Positions 8,523-17,527 of a stretch of 64,000 bases of DNA are shown piece after piece. Origin of the DNA: an uncultured Bacilli bacterium (lineage in GTDB: Bacteria > Bacillota_I > Bacilli_A > RF39 > UBA660). Within the stretch, counting starts at the first letter, position 1. Each line of letters opens with the position of its first letter. The DNA lies in assembly GCA_934096175.1 (NCBI GenBank), contig CAKOLG010000002.1, positions 276-64,275 of the forward strand, given 5' to 3'. The notes beneath the pieces were generated by a model. It did no database searches. It saw only the letters and a program-made list of their open reading frames with translations, and was not told where the DNA came from. Made by a program: the position numbers and the translations under genes.

Positions 8523-11500
8523 ATGAAAAAAAATATTATAATTCTACTAATTTTAACTTTTTCTATTTTATTTTGTAATAAAGTAAGTGCAGCATCTAGC
8601 AACATTTATAATATCTTTACAGATAACGATGGCATCAGATGGGAATACAAATACGAAAACACCTCTAACGCTTCAAATTTATACATAGCATTTTATGATA
8701 AACCATCATCAATTACTTACGTAACTGTACCTAGTCTAAATACGATAAAGTTAAGTAATACAACAATTCCTAACTCCATAAAAAATATTATTTTAACTAA
8801 TTATTTTCCAATAAGTGGTCAAACACCAAAATCGTTTCTTTCTAACATTAATACAATTGATTTAAGAAATTTACAAGACATTGAAGGAATTTCTCCTATG
8901 ATTAATAACGATATAGAAACAACAATTATCTTTTCAACTAATGGTGCCTATATTGGTGATAACGTTTTTGCAAATACAAAACTAAATTTAATAAACTTAC
9001 CGCTAGTTAAAACAATAGGGGAAGCAGCTTTTAAAAATGCAACTTTAAACGATCCCAACCTTAATCTTAATAATCTTTTAACAATTGGTGATAGTGCATT
9101 TTATAAAACCAACATCGAAACAGTTGCTATTAATACCGCATCTATTGCTAGTAATGCCTTTGGCGAATGCACAAATTTAACTAAAGTAACTTTAGGCGAT
9201 AAAGTTACTACCATTGGCGATAGTACTTTCCAACAAGCAACTAAACTTACCACTATCAATTTTAATAATGTTAAATCACTTGGTAATTATGCTTTTAAAG
9301 ATTGTACATCTTTTAATACTAATATTTCTAATACAAAATTAGAAAACATTGGTGATGGAGCATTCTACAATACTCCTAATTATAAATTAAATATTACAAT
9401 TCCACCCAAAGTAACCACGATAAATTATGCAACATTTTATGGTTCTGGAATTATATCCGTTAATTTAAATAATGTAACTAAAATAAATAGTGAAGCTTTT
9501 AGTAATTGTCCAAGACTATCAAATATTGATTTTGGTCATGTTGTAGCAATTGATTATCGTGCTTTTTATAATGATATAAATTTAACCAAAATTACCTTAT
9601 CAGACTCTGTTGAACACATTATGACACAAGCTTTCAGTAATTGCTCAATTAATAGCTTAAATTTAAATAAAATACAACGAATTGACTATGAAGCCTTTGC
9701 CAATAATAAATTAGAAAAAATATATTTACCAAAAACTTTTAATTACATGACAGAATCTAATATCTTTAACAATAATAATATTACTACAGTTACTGTTGCT
9801 TATGATACCATGTCTAGTACTATGCCAACTAATTTCAGAACTCTTATTGGTTCAAACTATCAAAATATTACGACTTTGTATGTTATTGCACCATACGGTG
9901 AAAATGAATCAGCAATAATTAAATCAAACTATGGAGCACAAAGAAAAACGTACACAGGGTATTTTAACGCTGATGCCAAAGAAAATTATGGTAATGCTAA
10001 TTCATATAAAAATGTTATTGAACCAGGTTATTTTTATGGTTTACCATCATTAACTAATGTCATAATAAGCGAAGGCTATGAATTTATTGGCTCTCAGGCA
10101 TTTTACACTGAAGATCCTTATACAGAGTATAAAGCTAATCAAAAAGATAAATATAAATTAACAAGTGTAATCTTACCATCAACTTTAAAAGGAATAGGGT
10201 CCATGGCTTTCGCAGCTAATATTGTAAGTGAAAACTTTAAAATGAATTTACCAGAAAACTTAGAATATATTGGTTATCAAGCATTTTTTAATTGCCCTGG
10301 TTTTACGAATGAAATAAACTTAAAAAAATTAAAAATGATTGGTACAAATGCTTTCATGTATTCTAAAATCAGTGCAGTTTACCTATATGACAATCTTACT
10401 TTTGTTGGTGCAGGAGCCTTTAAAGATTGTTACAATATCAAAAAATTTTATATAGATTGTGATCTATATAAACTGCCTTACTCTGGTGACTATGGCTATA
10501 GTAGTGGTTACACGGCTCAAAATTTTTATTCATACTTTGGCAAACACCAAACTTATGATTCTATAATCTTTACAGAAAAAGTTATTACTGAACCTTGTGG
10601 TGGCTTTGACAATTACGCATCAGTTTCATTTATGTATCGTTTAAAAGCCAAAGAATTAATATTGAACTGTAAATGGAAAAAAATTGGTGTAAGCTTTTTA
10701 CAAGAAGCTGAAATAGATAAGTTAACTCTACCTAAAGAATTACAAACAATAATGAAAACATCATTCCATAAAGCTAAAATCAATAACTTAGTTGAAATAC
10801 CAGATACCGTTACAACAATCGAAAACGATGCCTTTCATAGTGCCAACTTAAAAATAAACCAATTACCTAAAAACTTAAAATTTATTGGCAAAGCTGCTTT
10901 TTATAACTGTGATTTTAACAATAACCCAGTAGTCCCTAGTAGCGTTACTTATATTGGAACTTCTGCATTTATGAGTACTGAAGATAATCCAATTCATCGT
11001 GATACTTTTACATTTGATTGTAATTTAAAATCTAGTGTAACAAATGGTCAAACAGTTCGCCAAATGCTTTATAATACAACTGTTGATCATTTATACTTTA
11101 CTATAAATGTAACAGATTTACCTTCAAGTGAAACCAAAGATTCAGAATTTTATAGTATGCCAGTTAAAACAGCTACTTTTGCTGGCTTAAAAATTTTACC
11201 AGCAAAAGCTTTCCAAAATTGTCAAGATTTAACTAAAGTTGATTTTTCAGCAGATGAAAACCTTGAAGCTATTAATGATTTTGCTTTCTATAATGCAGAA
11301 AATCTTTCTACAATTAAATTTCCTTCGGCTAAAACAAAAATCATTACATTAGGCGAATCTAGTTTTAGAAATACTGGTTTCAAAACAGTAGGAGCTGCTA
11401 ATGCCGACTTTGACTTAACTGCTGCAACATTTATAGCTAATTCAAAAAATCTTTTCAGTGAATCAAAAAAATTAGTAAGTGTTGATATTCCCAATAACTT

Positions 11501-12581
11501 TAATAATAATGAAGTACCATCATACATGTTCTATTCTTGTCCTAATTTGCAAAATGCAACAATTAATTATAAAATAAAAAAAATAAATTCATACGCTTTT
11601 TCAAAAGATACCAATTTAGAAAGTATTATTATGTGGGGTGATGCCAAAATCATCCAAGAAGATGAATATTCTAAAGAATTAAATCCATCAGGCAATAGCC
11701 TTATAATTTACAATAAAGCCAAGACTACAAATTTTAATTTTTCTATAATTGACTCTATTAAAGGGACAACAACAATCAAACCAAATGATTTTACAACTGT
11801 AAATGAAGTAAAAAAATATACCTATTTACCTACTGAAACTTCAAAAGTTAAATTTACTTATCCGGAAAATATCAATATTACAATAGAAAAAGTTGCTGAT
11901 TCATACCAAATTATAATTGAAGACTTTGATCCAAGTGCTTTTACAATCCCTTCATCAACAGATATATATGCTTATTCAACATATGATATAAAAAATTGGG
12001 ATAAAACTTATGCTAAATATCGTAGAAATTCTAAATACAATACCAATTCAACTCTATATGCATTAGATGAAGTTTTATATTTAACAAGTAATAAAAAATC
12101 AATAATAATGAATAAAAAAGATAAGGATTTTGATAAAAAAGGCTTAATAGTTTATGCTTTAAGAAGAGATGGAATAATCCTTGAATCTGTAACATGGCAT
12201 CAATACACAAGTCACTATTTAAAAACAAATTCCAATATTATTTTTGAAGACTTAAATAATCTTGAAAGTCCAACTAAAGCACAAAAAATTTATATCACGC
12301 CAGTTCCTACAGATATTGTCGATATTTCAACTGAAAATTTTGCAACTATGACTTATGACCTAATTGAAGAAGATAATTTATTACACACTAAAAAACTAGT
12401 TTTATATTATACTGACAAATATACTGAAAATGATGTTGATACAAAATTAAAACCATCATTAATTGGTGAAATTGTTGACACAGGTAGTTTCTTATATATA
12501 GGCAAACTTATCTTACCAATAATTATTGCTATTATTTTAATAATATTTGCTAATAAAAGAAAAAAATTATATAAAATATAA
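8523..12581 (+). CDS. large surface protein with BspA-type leucine-rich repeats, C-terminally tail-anchored
   Basis: Signal peptide MKKNIIILLILTFSILFCNKVSA. Many repeats of the type IGDSAFxxCTNLTKVTLxxxVTTIGxxAF. C-terminal TM LILPIIIAIILIIF plus a basic tail; no LPXTG. Confidence 0.85.
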   Translation: MKKNIIILLILTFSILFCNKVSAASSNIYNIFTDNDGIRWEYKYENTSNASNLYIAFYDKPSSITYVTVPSLNTIKLSNTTIPNSIKNIILTNYFPISGQTPKSFLSNINTIDLRNLQDIEGISPMINNDIETTIIFSTNGAYIGDNVFANTKLNLINLPLVKTIGEAAFKNATLNDPNLNLNNLLTIGDSAFYKTNIETVAINTASIASNAFGECTNLTKVTLGDKVTTIGDSTFQQATKLTTINFNNVKSLGNYAFKDCTSFNTNISNTKLENIGDGAFYNTPNYKLNITIPPKVTTINYATFYGSGIISVNLNNVTKINSEAFSNCPRLSNIDFGHVVAIDYRAFYNDINLTKITLSDSVEHIMTQAFSNCSINSLNLNKIQRIDYEAFANNKLEKIYLPKTFNYMTESNIFNNNNITTVTVAYDTMSSTMPTNFRTLIGSNYQNITTLYVIAPYGENESAIIKSNYGAQRKTYTGYFNADAKENYGNANSYKNVIEPGYFYGLPSLTNVIISEGYEFIGSQAFYTEDPYTEYKANQKDKYKLTSVILPSTLKGIGSMAFAANIVSENFKMNLPENLEYIGYQAFFNCPGFTNEINLKKLKMIGTNAFMYSKISAVYLYDNLTFVGAGAFKDCYNIKKFYIDCDLYKLPYSGDYGYSSGYTAQNFYSYFGKHQTYDSIIFTEKVITEPCGGFDNYASVSFMYRLKAKELILNCKWKKIGVSFLQEAEIDKLTLPKELQTIMKTSFHKAKINNLVEIPDTVTTIENDAFHSANLKINQLPKNLKFIGKAAFYNCDFNNNPVVPSSVTYIGTSAFMSTEDNPIHRDTFTFDCNLKSSVTNGQTVRQMLYNTTVDHLYFTINVTDLPSSETKDSEFYSMPVKTATFAGLKILPAKAFQNCQDLTKVDFSADENLEAINDFAFYNAENLSTIKFPSAKTKIITLGESSFRNTGFKTVGAANADFDLTAATFIANSKNLFSESKKLVSVDIPNNFNNNEVPSYMFYSCPNLQNATINYKIKKINSYAFSKDTNLESIIMWGDAKIIQEDEYSKELNPSGNSLIIYNKAKTTNFNFSIIDSIKGTTTIKPNDFTTVNEVKKYTYLPTETSKVKFTYPENINITIEKVADSYQIIIEDFDPSAFTIPSSTDIYAYSTYDIKNWDKTYAKYRRNSKYNTNSTLYALDEVLYLTSNKKSIIMNKKDKDFDKKGLIVYALRRDGIILESVTWHQYTSHYLKTNSNIIFEDLNNLESPTKAQKIYITPVPTDIVDISTENFATMTYDLIEEDNLLHTKKLVLYYTDKYTENDVDTKLKPSLIGEIVDTGSFLYIGKLILPIIIAIILIIFANKRKKLYKI

Positions 12582-12678
12582 AATAATAATCATATTTAAA
12601 AAGAATAAATATTACATATAATATATTAAGTTTATGTAAAATATTACATATAAATGTATACATTAATAAACTGGCAAT

Positions 12679-12707
12679 TTGCTATTTAATATAAAATATG
12701 CTATACT
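12679..12707 (+). promoter_or_regulatory. promoter TTGCTA-17-TATACT for the HD-domain gene
   Basis: -35 at 12679-12684 and -10 at 12702-12707 with TG at -15/-14. Confidence 0.55.
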
Positions 12708-12731
12708 TTCTTAAGTCCGAGGTGAAGAAGG

Positions 12732-13229
12732 ATGAATAAAAACAAGGATGATTTTAACTCCTTAGTTAAAGATATTGTTAATAACGAAAATTTTAATAAA
12801 TTAAATAAAGAATTACATCATGGTATAAGTAGATTTGATCATTCTATGCGTGTTGCAAAATGGACCTATAAATTAAGTAAGGTTATTAAACTGAAATCCA
12901 TAGAAGAAACAACAAGAGCTGCTTTATTACATGACTTCTATGTCGAAGACGATTTAAAAAATTATAATAGTATTAAAAAATTAAGTAAACATCCAAACAT
13001 AGCTTTGGCAAATAGCTTAAAATACTATGAACTTACAGATGTACAACAAGATATAATAAAATCTCATATGTTCCCCTGTACAAGAATGCTTCCTAAATAC
13101 AAGGAATCTTGGTTAGTTTCTACTGTAGATAAAGTAGTCGGAACTTATGAAATGCTTCGTTTTAAACTATCTTTGTACTTAGGAATATATTTATTATTTC
13201 TTTTTGAAATAATAAGATTACCTAGATAA
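12732..13229 (+). CDS. HD-domain phosphohydrolase with C-terminal hydrophobic helix
   Basis: H...HD pattern (RFDHSMRV ... ALLHDFY). RBS GAGGTGA. Confidence 0.75.
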   Translation: MNKNKDDFNSLVKDIVNNENFNKLNKELHHGISRFDHSMRVAKWTYKLSKVIKLKSIEETTRAALLHDFYVEDDLKNYNSIKKLSKHPNIALANSLKYYELTDVQQDIIKSHMFPCTRMLPKYKESWLVSTVDKVVGTYEMLRFKLSLYLGIYLLFLFEIIRLPR

Positions 13230-13251
13230 GACTTGTTCTTATCTTTTTTTT
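13224..13251 (+). terminator. rho-independent terminator
   Basis: AGATAAG-loop-CTTATCT plus T7, overlapping the stop codon. Confidence 0.7.
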
Positions 13252-13406
13252 GAAAATAATATGTCAAAAGTAGACACTAATTTAAAAAAATACACTTTAC
13301 AGTTTTCTTTTTTTACTTTTTAGTGTTAAAATAATTTTATAAAGTATTTTATGATGATAATTTAATATCATTTAATGAGTTATAAAGATTGAAAGGGTTT
13401 AAAAAA

Positions 13407-14075
13407 ATGGAAGAAATTAATTTAAAACAGTTGCTGGATTATTATAAAGAACGAATAATGCTGGCATTTATAATATTATTATCTGTATTGATAGCAGGAT
13501 GCATTTTTTCAATAATAATTAAAAAACCAATGTATATGAGTGATTCAACTGTCGTTTTAGTAAGTGACAACCAAGATTACTCTTCAAGTGAAGTTGCTTT
13601 AAATAAAAGTTTAGTTTCCACATATAGCGAAATTATTAGATCAAGAAGAGTAATTGAACGAGTAATAAAAAATTTGTCTCTTGATTGCACAGAAGAAAAC
13701 TTAAAAAAACGTATCACAGTATCGTCAGTTTCAAATACCGAAATCATTAAAATAATGGTTGAAGATGCAGATAAAACACTTGCAGCTGATATAACTGATG
13801 AAGTAGTTAAAGTGTTTAGCGAAGAAGTAAAATCAATATATAAATTACAAAACGTTTCAGTTGTTGATGTAGCGGAAGAGGCATCAACACCATATAATAT
13901 AAATGTATTTAAAGATCTAGCTATTTACACAACAGTAGGAATAGTTCTTGCAATTGGTATTATCTTCTTAATGTATTACTTTGATACAACAATCAAATCT
14001 GCTGATGAGATTGAAGAAAGATTGGGATTACCAATATTTGGTGTAGTACCAAAAGTAAAGCGTAAGGAAAAGTAG
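13407..14075 (+). CDS. capsule chain-length determinant / tyrosine-kinase transmembrane modulator (CpsC/YwqC-like, Wzz family)
   Basis: Two TM helices flank an extracellular domain, and the protein ends with LGLPIFGVVP. Sits directly upstream of the BY-kinase. ATG at 13407 follows RBS AAAGGG. Confidence 0.85.
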   Translation: MEEINLKQLLDYYKERIMLAFIILLSVLIAGCIFSIIIKKPMYMSDSTVVLVSDNQDYSSSEVALNKSLVSTYSEIIRSRRVIERVIKNLSLDCTEENLKKRITVSSVSNTEIIKIMVEDADKTLAADITDEVVKVFSEEVKSIYKLQNVSVVDVAEEASTPYNINVFKDLAIYTTVGIVLAIGIIFLMYYFDTTIKSADEIEERLGLPIFGVVPKVKRKEK

Positions 14076-14792
14076 GTGAATAAAGTGAACAATCAAACAG
14101 ACTTAGTAATTAACTTAAATCCAAAATCACTATTTAGTGAATCAATCAAAACTATTCGTACAAACTTACAATTTTCCTCTGTTGATAAAGAACTAAAAGT
14201 AATTTTAAACACTTCTCCAGAAGCTGGTGATGGTAAAAGTTTTATTACAGCAAATTTAGCAATCGCATATGGTCAAGAAGGTAAAAAAGTTTTAATTATT
14301 GACTGTGATTTACGAAGAGGAAGACAACACGAAATCTTCAATGTTATGAATACGACAAATGGTGGATATTCAAACCTTATTTTAAATTACAAAGAAGAAA
14401 TTAAATTAAGTAGGTATATTGTTAAAACAGAAATAAAAAATGTTGACCTTATTCCAATTGGTCCAACACCTCCTAATCCTCTAGAATTATTATCATCTAA
14501 AAATAATGAAGATTTAATTGCTGAACTAAGAAATTTCTATGATATTATTATTCTAGATTGTCCTCCAGTAATCGGTATGAGTGATACACCAGTATTAACT
14601 AAGTTCTCAGATGCAAACTTAATCGTTGTATCTAATGGTAAAACTCATATGGAAACATTGGAAAAAGCTAAAAAAATATTTGAACAAGCAAATGCTAAAA
14701 TTGCTGGAGTTATCGTTAATAAAGCTAATGTGAAAGGAAGTAGTTATCATAGTTATTATACTAATGATTACTACACAGATATTGACAAATAA
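14076..14792 (+). CDS. BY-kinase, capsule tyrosine autokinase (CpsD/YwqD-like)
   Basis: Walker A SPEAGDGKS, Walker A' VLIIDCDLRR, Walker B IIILDCPP, C-terminal Tyr cluster SSYHSYYTNDYYTD. GTG start after RBS AAGGAAAAG. Confidence 0.9.
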   Translation: MNKVNNQTDLVINLNPKSLFSESIKTIRTNLQFSSVDKELKVILNTSPEAGDGKSFITANLAIAYGQEGKKVLIIDCDLRRGRQHEIFNVMNTTNGGYSNLILNYKEEIKLSRYIVKTEIKNVDLIPIGPTPPNPLELLSSKNNEDLIAELRNFYDIIILDCPPVIGMSDTPVLTKFSDANLIVVSNGKTHMETLEKAKKIFEQANAKIAGVIVNKANVKGSSYHSYYTNDYYTDIDK

Positions 14793-15502
14793 TGAAAGAT
14801 TTACATTCTCACATTTGTTACGGCATTGACGATGGCAGTAAAACAATCGAAGAAAGTATCAGTATTTTAAGAAAAATGGAAAAATCTGGAATTACTGATA
14901 TTTTTCTTACTCCGCACTATATTGAAGATAGCAAATATAACGCTAATAATAAAAAAAAGCAGGAAATTCTTGATAGTTTAAAAGAAGCTTGTCAAAAAGA
15001 AAATATAAATATAAATTTATATTTAGGAAATGAAGTTTATTTAACAGACAATGTTATAAATCTTGTCAAAAAAGGTGAAATTAAAACTTTGAATGATTCT
15101 AAATATATTTTACTAGAATTACCGATGTTTCAAAAAGATCCAAATACTAGAACAATTTTACACAATGTTATTACTGCCGGATATATTCCTATTATTGCAC
15201 ACCCTGAAAGATATGCATATGTTGATGAAAAACTCGACTATATTCGTGATTTACAAGCCATTGGCGTATTATTTCAAGGAAATTATCAAAGTTTATTTGG
15301 TAAATATGGAAAACAAGCTAAAAAGAATTTGCAAAAAATGTTAAAAGATAATATAATATCTTTCCTAGGAACGGATATTCATCATGAAGAAGAACTTCAT
15401 ACTGAAAAACTGTTTAAAGAAATTAAGAAATTTGTCAAAAAAGAAGATAAAGTATATGATTTACTTTACAGAAATATCGACAAAATTCTTGATAGTGAAT
15501 AG
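14792..15502 (+). CDS. PHP-family protein-tyrosine phosphatase (CpsB/YwqE-like)
   Basis: N-terminal DLHSHICYGIDDG and HPERY motifs. The start overlaps the kinase stop (ATGA). Confidence 0.9.
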   Translation: MKDLHSHICYGIDDGSKTIEESISILRKMEKSGITDIFLTPHYIEDSKYNANNKKKQEILDSLKEACQKENININLYLGNEVYLTDNVINLVKKGEIKTLNDSKYILLELPMFQKDPNTRTILHNVITAGYIPIIAHPERYAYVDEKLDYIRDLQAIGVLFQGNYQSLFGKYGKQAKKNLQKMLKDNIISFLGTDIHHEEELHTEKLFKEIKKFVKKEDKVYDLLYRNIDKILDSE

Positions 15503-15526
15503 CTAAAATAATTAGGGGTGGTTGAA

Positions 15527-16189
15527 TTGAAGAAAGGTAATGAAACTATGGCTACTAAAAAAAGTGCTAATATATTTTACTTAATAATAAAAAGACTTTT
15601 TGATATAGTTGTAGGTTTAATAGGATTAATTTTATTAATCCCTATATCAATAATAATTAAAGTTATTTCTATATGTTCAGGAGATTTTAATAGTATCTTT
15701 TTTACGCAAAATAGAATTGGTAAAAATGGTAAAGAATTTAAATTTTATAAATTTCGTTCTATGGTTCCAAATGCAGATATAATTCTTTTTAAACTTCTAG
15801 AAGAAGACCCAGAAGCTGCAAAAGAATATAAAGAAAATAAAAAACTAAAAAATGACCCTAGAATTACTAAAATAGGTAAAATAATAAGAAAAACATCTAT
15901 TGATGAGCTACCACAGTTAATAAATGTTCTATTTGGTGATATGTCATTTATTGGCAACAGACCTTATTTACCACGTGAAAAGGAAGATATGGGAAAATAT
16001 TACTATGATATTGTAAAAAGTAAACCTGGTTTAACCGGTTACTGGCAAGTTAGTGGTAGATCAAATACTTCATTTGAACATCGTTTAAAGTTAGAAAGCT
16101 ATTACTCTAACCATATGTCATTAAAAATGGATATAAAAATATTTTTTAAAACATTTAGTGCCGTTATCCACGGACATGGTGCAGAATAG
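15527..16189 (+). CDS. priming undecaprenyl-phosphate sugar phosphotransferase (small bacterial sugar transferase family)
   Basis: One TM helix, then PQLINVLFGDMSFIGNRP and KPGLTGYWQVSGRS. The start is ambiguous. I chose the TTG at 15527, which sits 6 nt after AGGGGTG; the ATG at 15548 and the GTG at 15518 are alternatives. Confidence 0.85.
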   Translation: MKKGNETMATKKSANIFYLIIKRLFDIVVGLIGLILLIPISIIIKVISICSGDFNSIFFTQNRIGKNGKEFKFYKFRSMVPNADIILFKLLEEDPEAAKEYKENKKLKNDPRITKIGKIIRKTSIDELPQLINVLFGDMSFIGNRPYLPREKEDMGKYYYDIVKSKPGLTGYWQVSGRSNTSFEHRLKLESYYSNHMSLKMDIKIFFKTFSAVIHGHGAE

Positions 16190-16212
16190 ATACACAAAAG
16201 TGTATTTTTTTT
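16190..16212 (+). terminator. terminator closing the cpsCDB-transferase module
   Basis: ATACAC-AAAA-GTGTAT followed by T7-8. Confidence 0.6.
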
Positions 16213-16282
16213 GATTAAAGATTATGAATAAATTTGCGAATAAAAATTTCTAGTATAAAAGATTGTTATAACAGTTAATAAA

Positions 16283-16314
16283 ACATAGATAATACTATGT
16301 TTTTTTGTTATAAT
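16283..16314 (+). promoter_or_regulatory. weak hairpin plus T-run, overlapped by an extended -10 promoter (TGTTATAAT)
   Basis: ACATAG-ATAATA-CTATGT plus T6 at 16283-16306. TG-T-TATAAT at 16306-16314, about 80 nt before the GT4 start. Confidence 0.45.
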
Positions 16315-16395
16315 TAAAAAAGATAACGAAATTTGATAAAATATTTAAAATATGTTAGTATAAGGCACAAATTTAGAGGGAAAGAAAGTGTGATA

Positions 16396-17526
16396 ATGGA
16401 CAATAAAAATCAAATTAGAGTAGCTCATATTGCTGGAAAATGGGTTGGCGGAGGCGTAGAAGCCGTTATAATGAATTATTATAAAAATATAGATAAATCA
16501 AAAATTCAATTTGATATTATATGCGACTCTGACTCAACAAATATTCCGTATAAAGAAATAGAATCCTTGGGTGGAAAAGTCATTTTAATTCCTCCATATC
16601 AAAAAGCTATTCAATATCATAAAGAACTAAAAAAAGTATTAAAAGAAGGAAATTACAAAATAGTTCATTCCCATATTAGCACTATGTCATTATTTAGTTT
16701 ATTTGCTGCTAAATGTGCTGGCGTACCTATAAGAATATGTCATAGTCATAGTACAACTAACAAAAAAGAAAAAAAGAAAAATATAATGAAACAAGTTTTA
16801 AGACCTTTTTCAAAAGTTTTTGCAAATACATATTTTTGTTGTAGTGAATTAGCAGGAAGATGGTTATTTGGTAACAAAGTATATGACAAAGGAAATGTAT
16901 TTTTATTAAATAATGCTATTGATTTAGATTCATTTAAATATAATGAAAAAATAAGAAAAAATAAGAGAAAAGAATTAGGAATAAAAGATGATACAATTGT
17001 AATCGGTCACTTAGGAAGATTTGTCACTCAAAAAAATCACACTTTTTTAATAGATATATTCAACGAAATTCATAAAAAAGAAGAAAATACATTACTAGTC
17101 TTGGCTGGTCAAGGTCCATTAATGGATGAAATTAAAGAAAAAGTAAAAAAACTAGGACTTGATAATTATGTTAAATTTTTAGGCCAAAGAAATGATGCTA
17201 ACGAATTGTACCAAGCATTTGATGTTTTCTTACTTCCGTCTTTATACGAAGGACTACCGGTTGTTGGTGTCGAAGCGCAAGCCGCTGGATTGTTATGTGT
17301 ATTGTCAGATGATATGACTAAAGAAACAAAAGCCATTGCCTCAACCATTTTTATGTCTCTAGAATGCCCAGCAATTGTATGGGCCGAAAAAATTTTAACT
17401 GCATTAGATTCATATGAGAGAAAAGACACGACAGAAGAAATGTCGACGAATGGTTATGATATAAAAAAAGAAGCTCAAAAATTAGTAAAAAAATACCAAG
17501 AATTATTAAAACAAGTAGGTGATTAA
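16396..17526 (+). CDS. glycosyltransferase family 4 (EpsF-like)
   Basis: GT-B C-terminal signature FLLPSLYEGLPVVGVEAQAAGL. ATG at 16396 follows GGGAAAGAAAG; the ORF-track TTG at 16333 is unlikely. Confidence 0.85.
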   Translation: MDNKNQIRVAHIAGKWVGGGVEAVIMNYYKNIDKSKIQFDIICDSDSTNIPYKEIESLGGKVILIPPYQKAIQYHKELKKVLKEGNYKIVHSHISTMSLFSLFAAKCAGVPIRICHSHSTTNKKEKKKNIMKQVLRPFSKVFANTYFCCSELAGRWLFGNKVYDKGNVFLLNNAIDLDSFKYNEKIRKNKRKELGIKDDTIVIGHLGRFVTQKNHTFLIDIFNEIHKKEENTLLVLAGQGPLMDEIKEKVKKLGLDNYVKFLGQRNDANELYQAFDVFLLPSLYEGLPVVGVEAQAAGLLCVLSDDMTKETKAIASTIFMSLECPAIVWAEKILTALDSYERKDTTEEMSTNGYDIKKEAQKLVKKYQELLKQVGD

Positions 17527-17527
17527 T

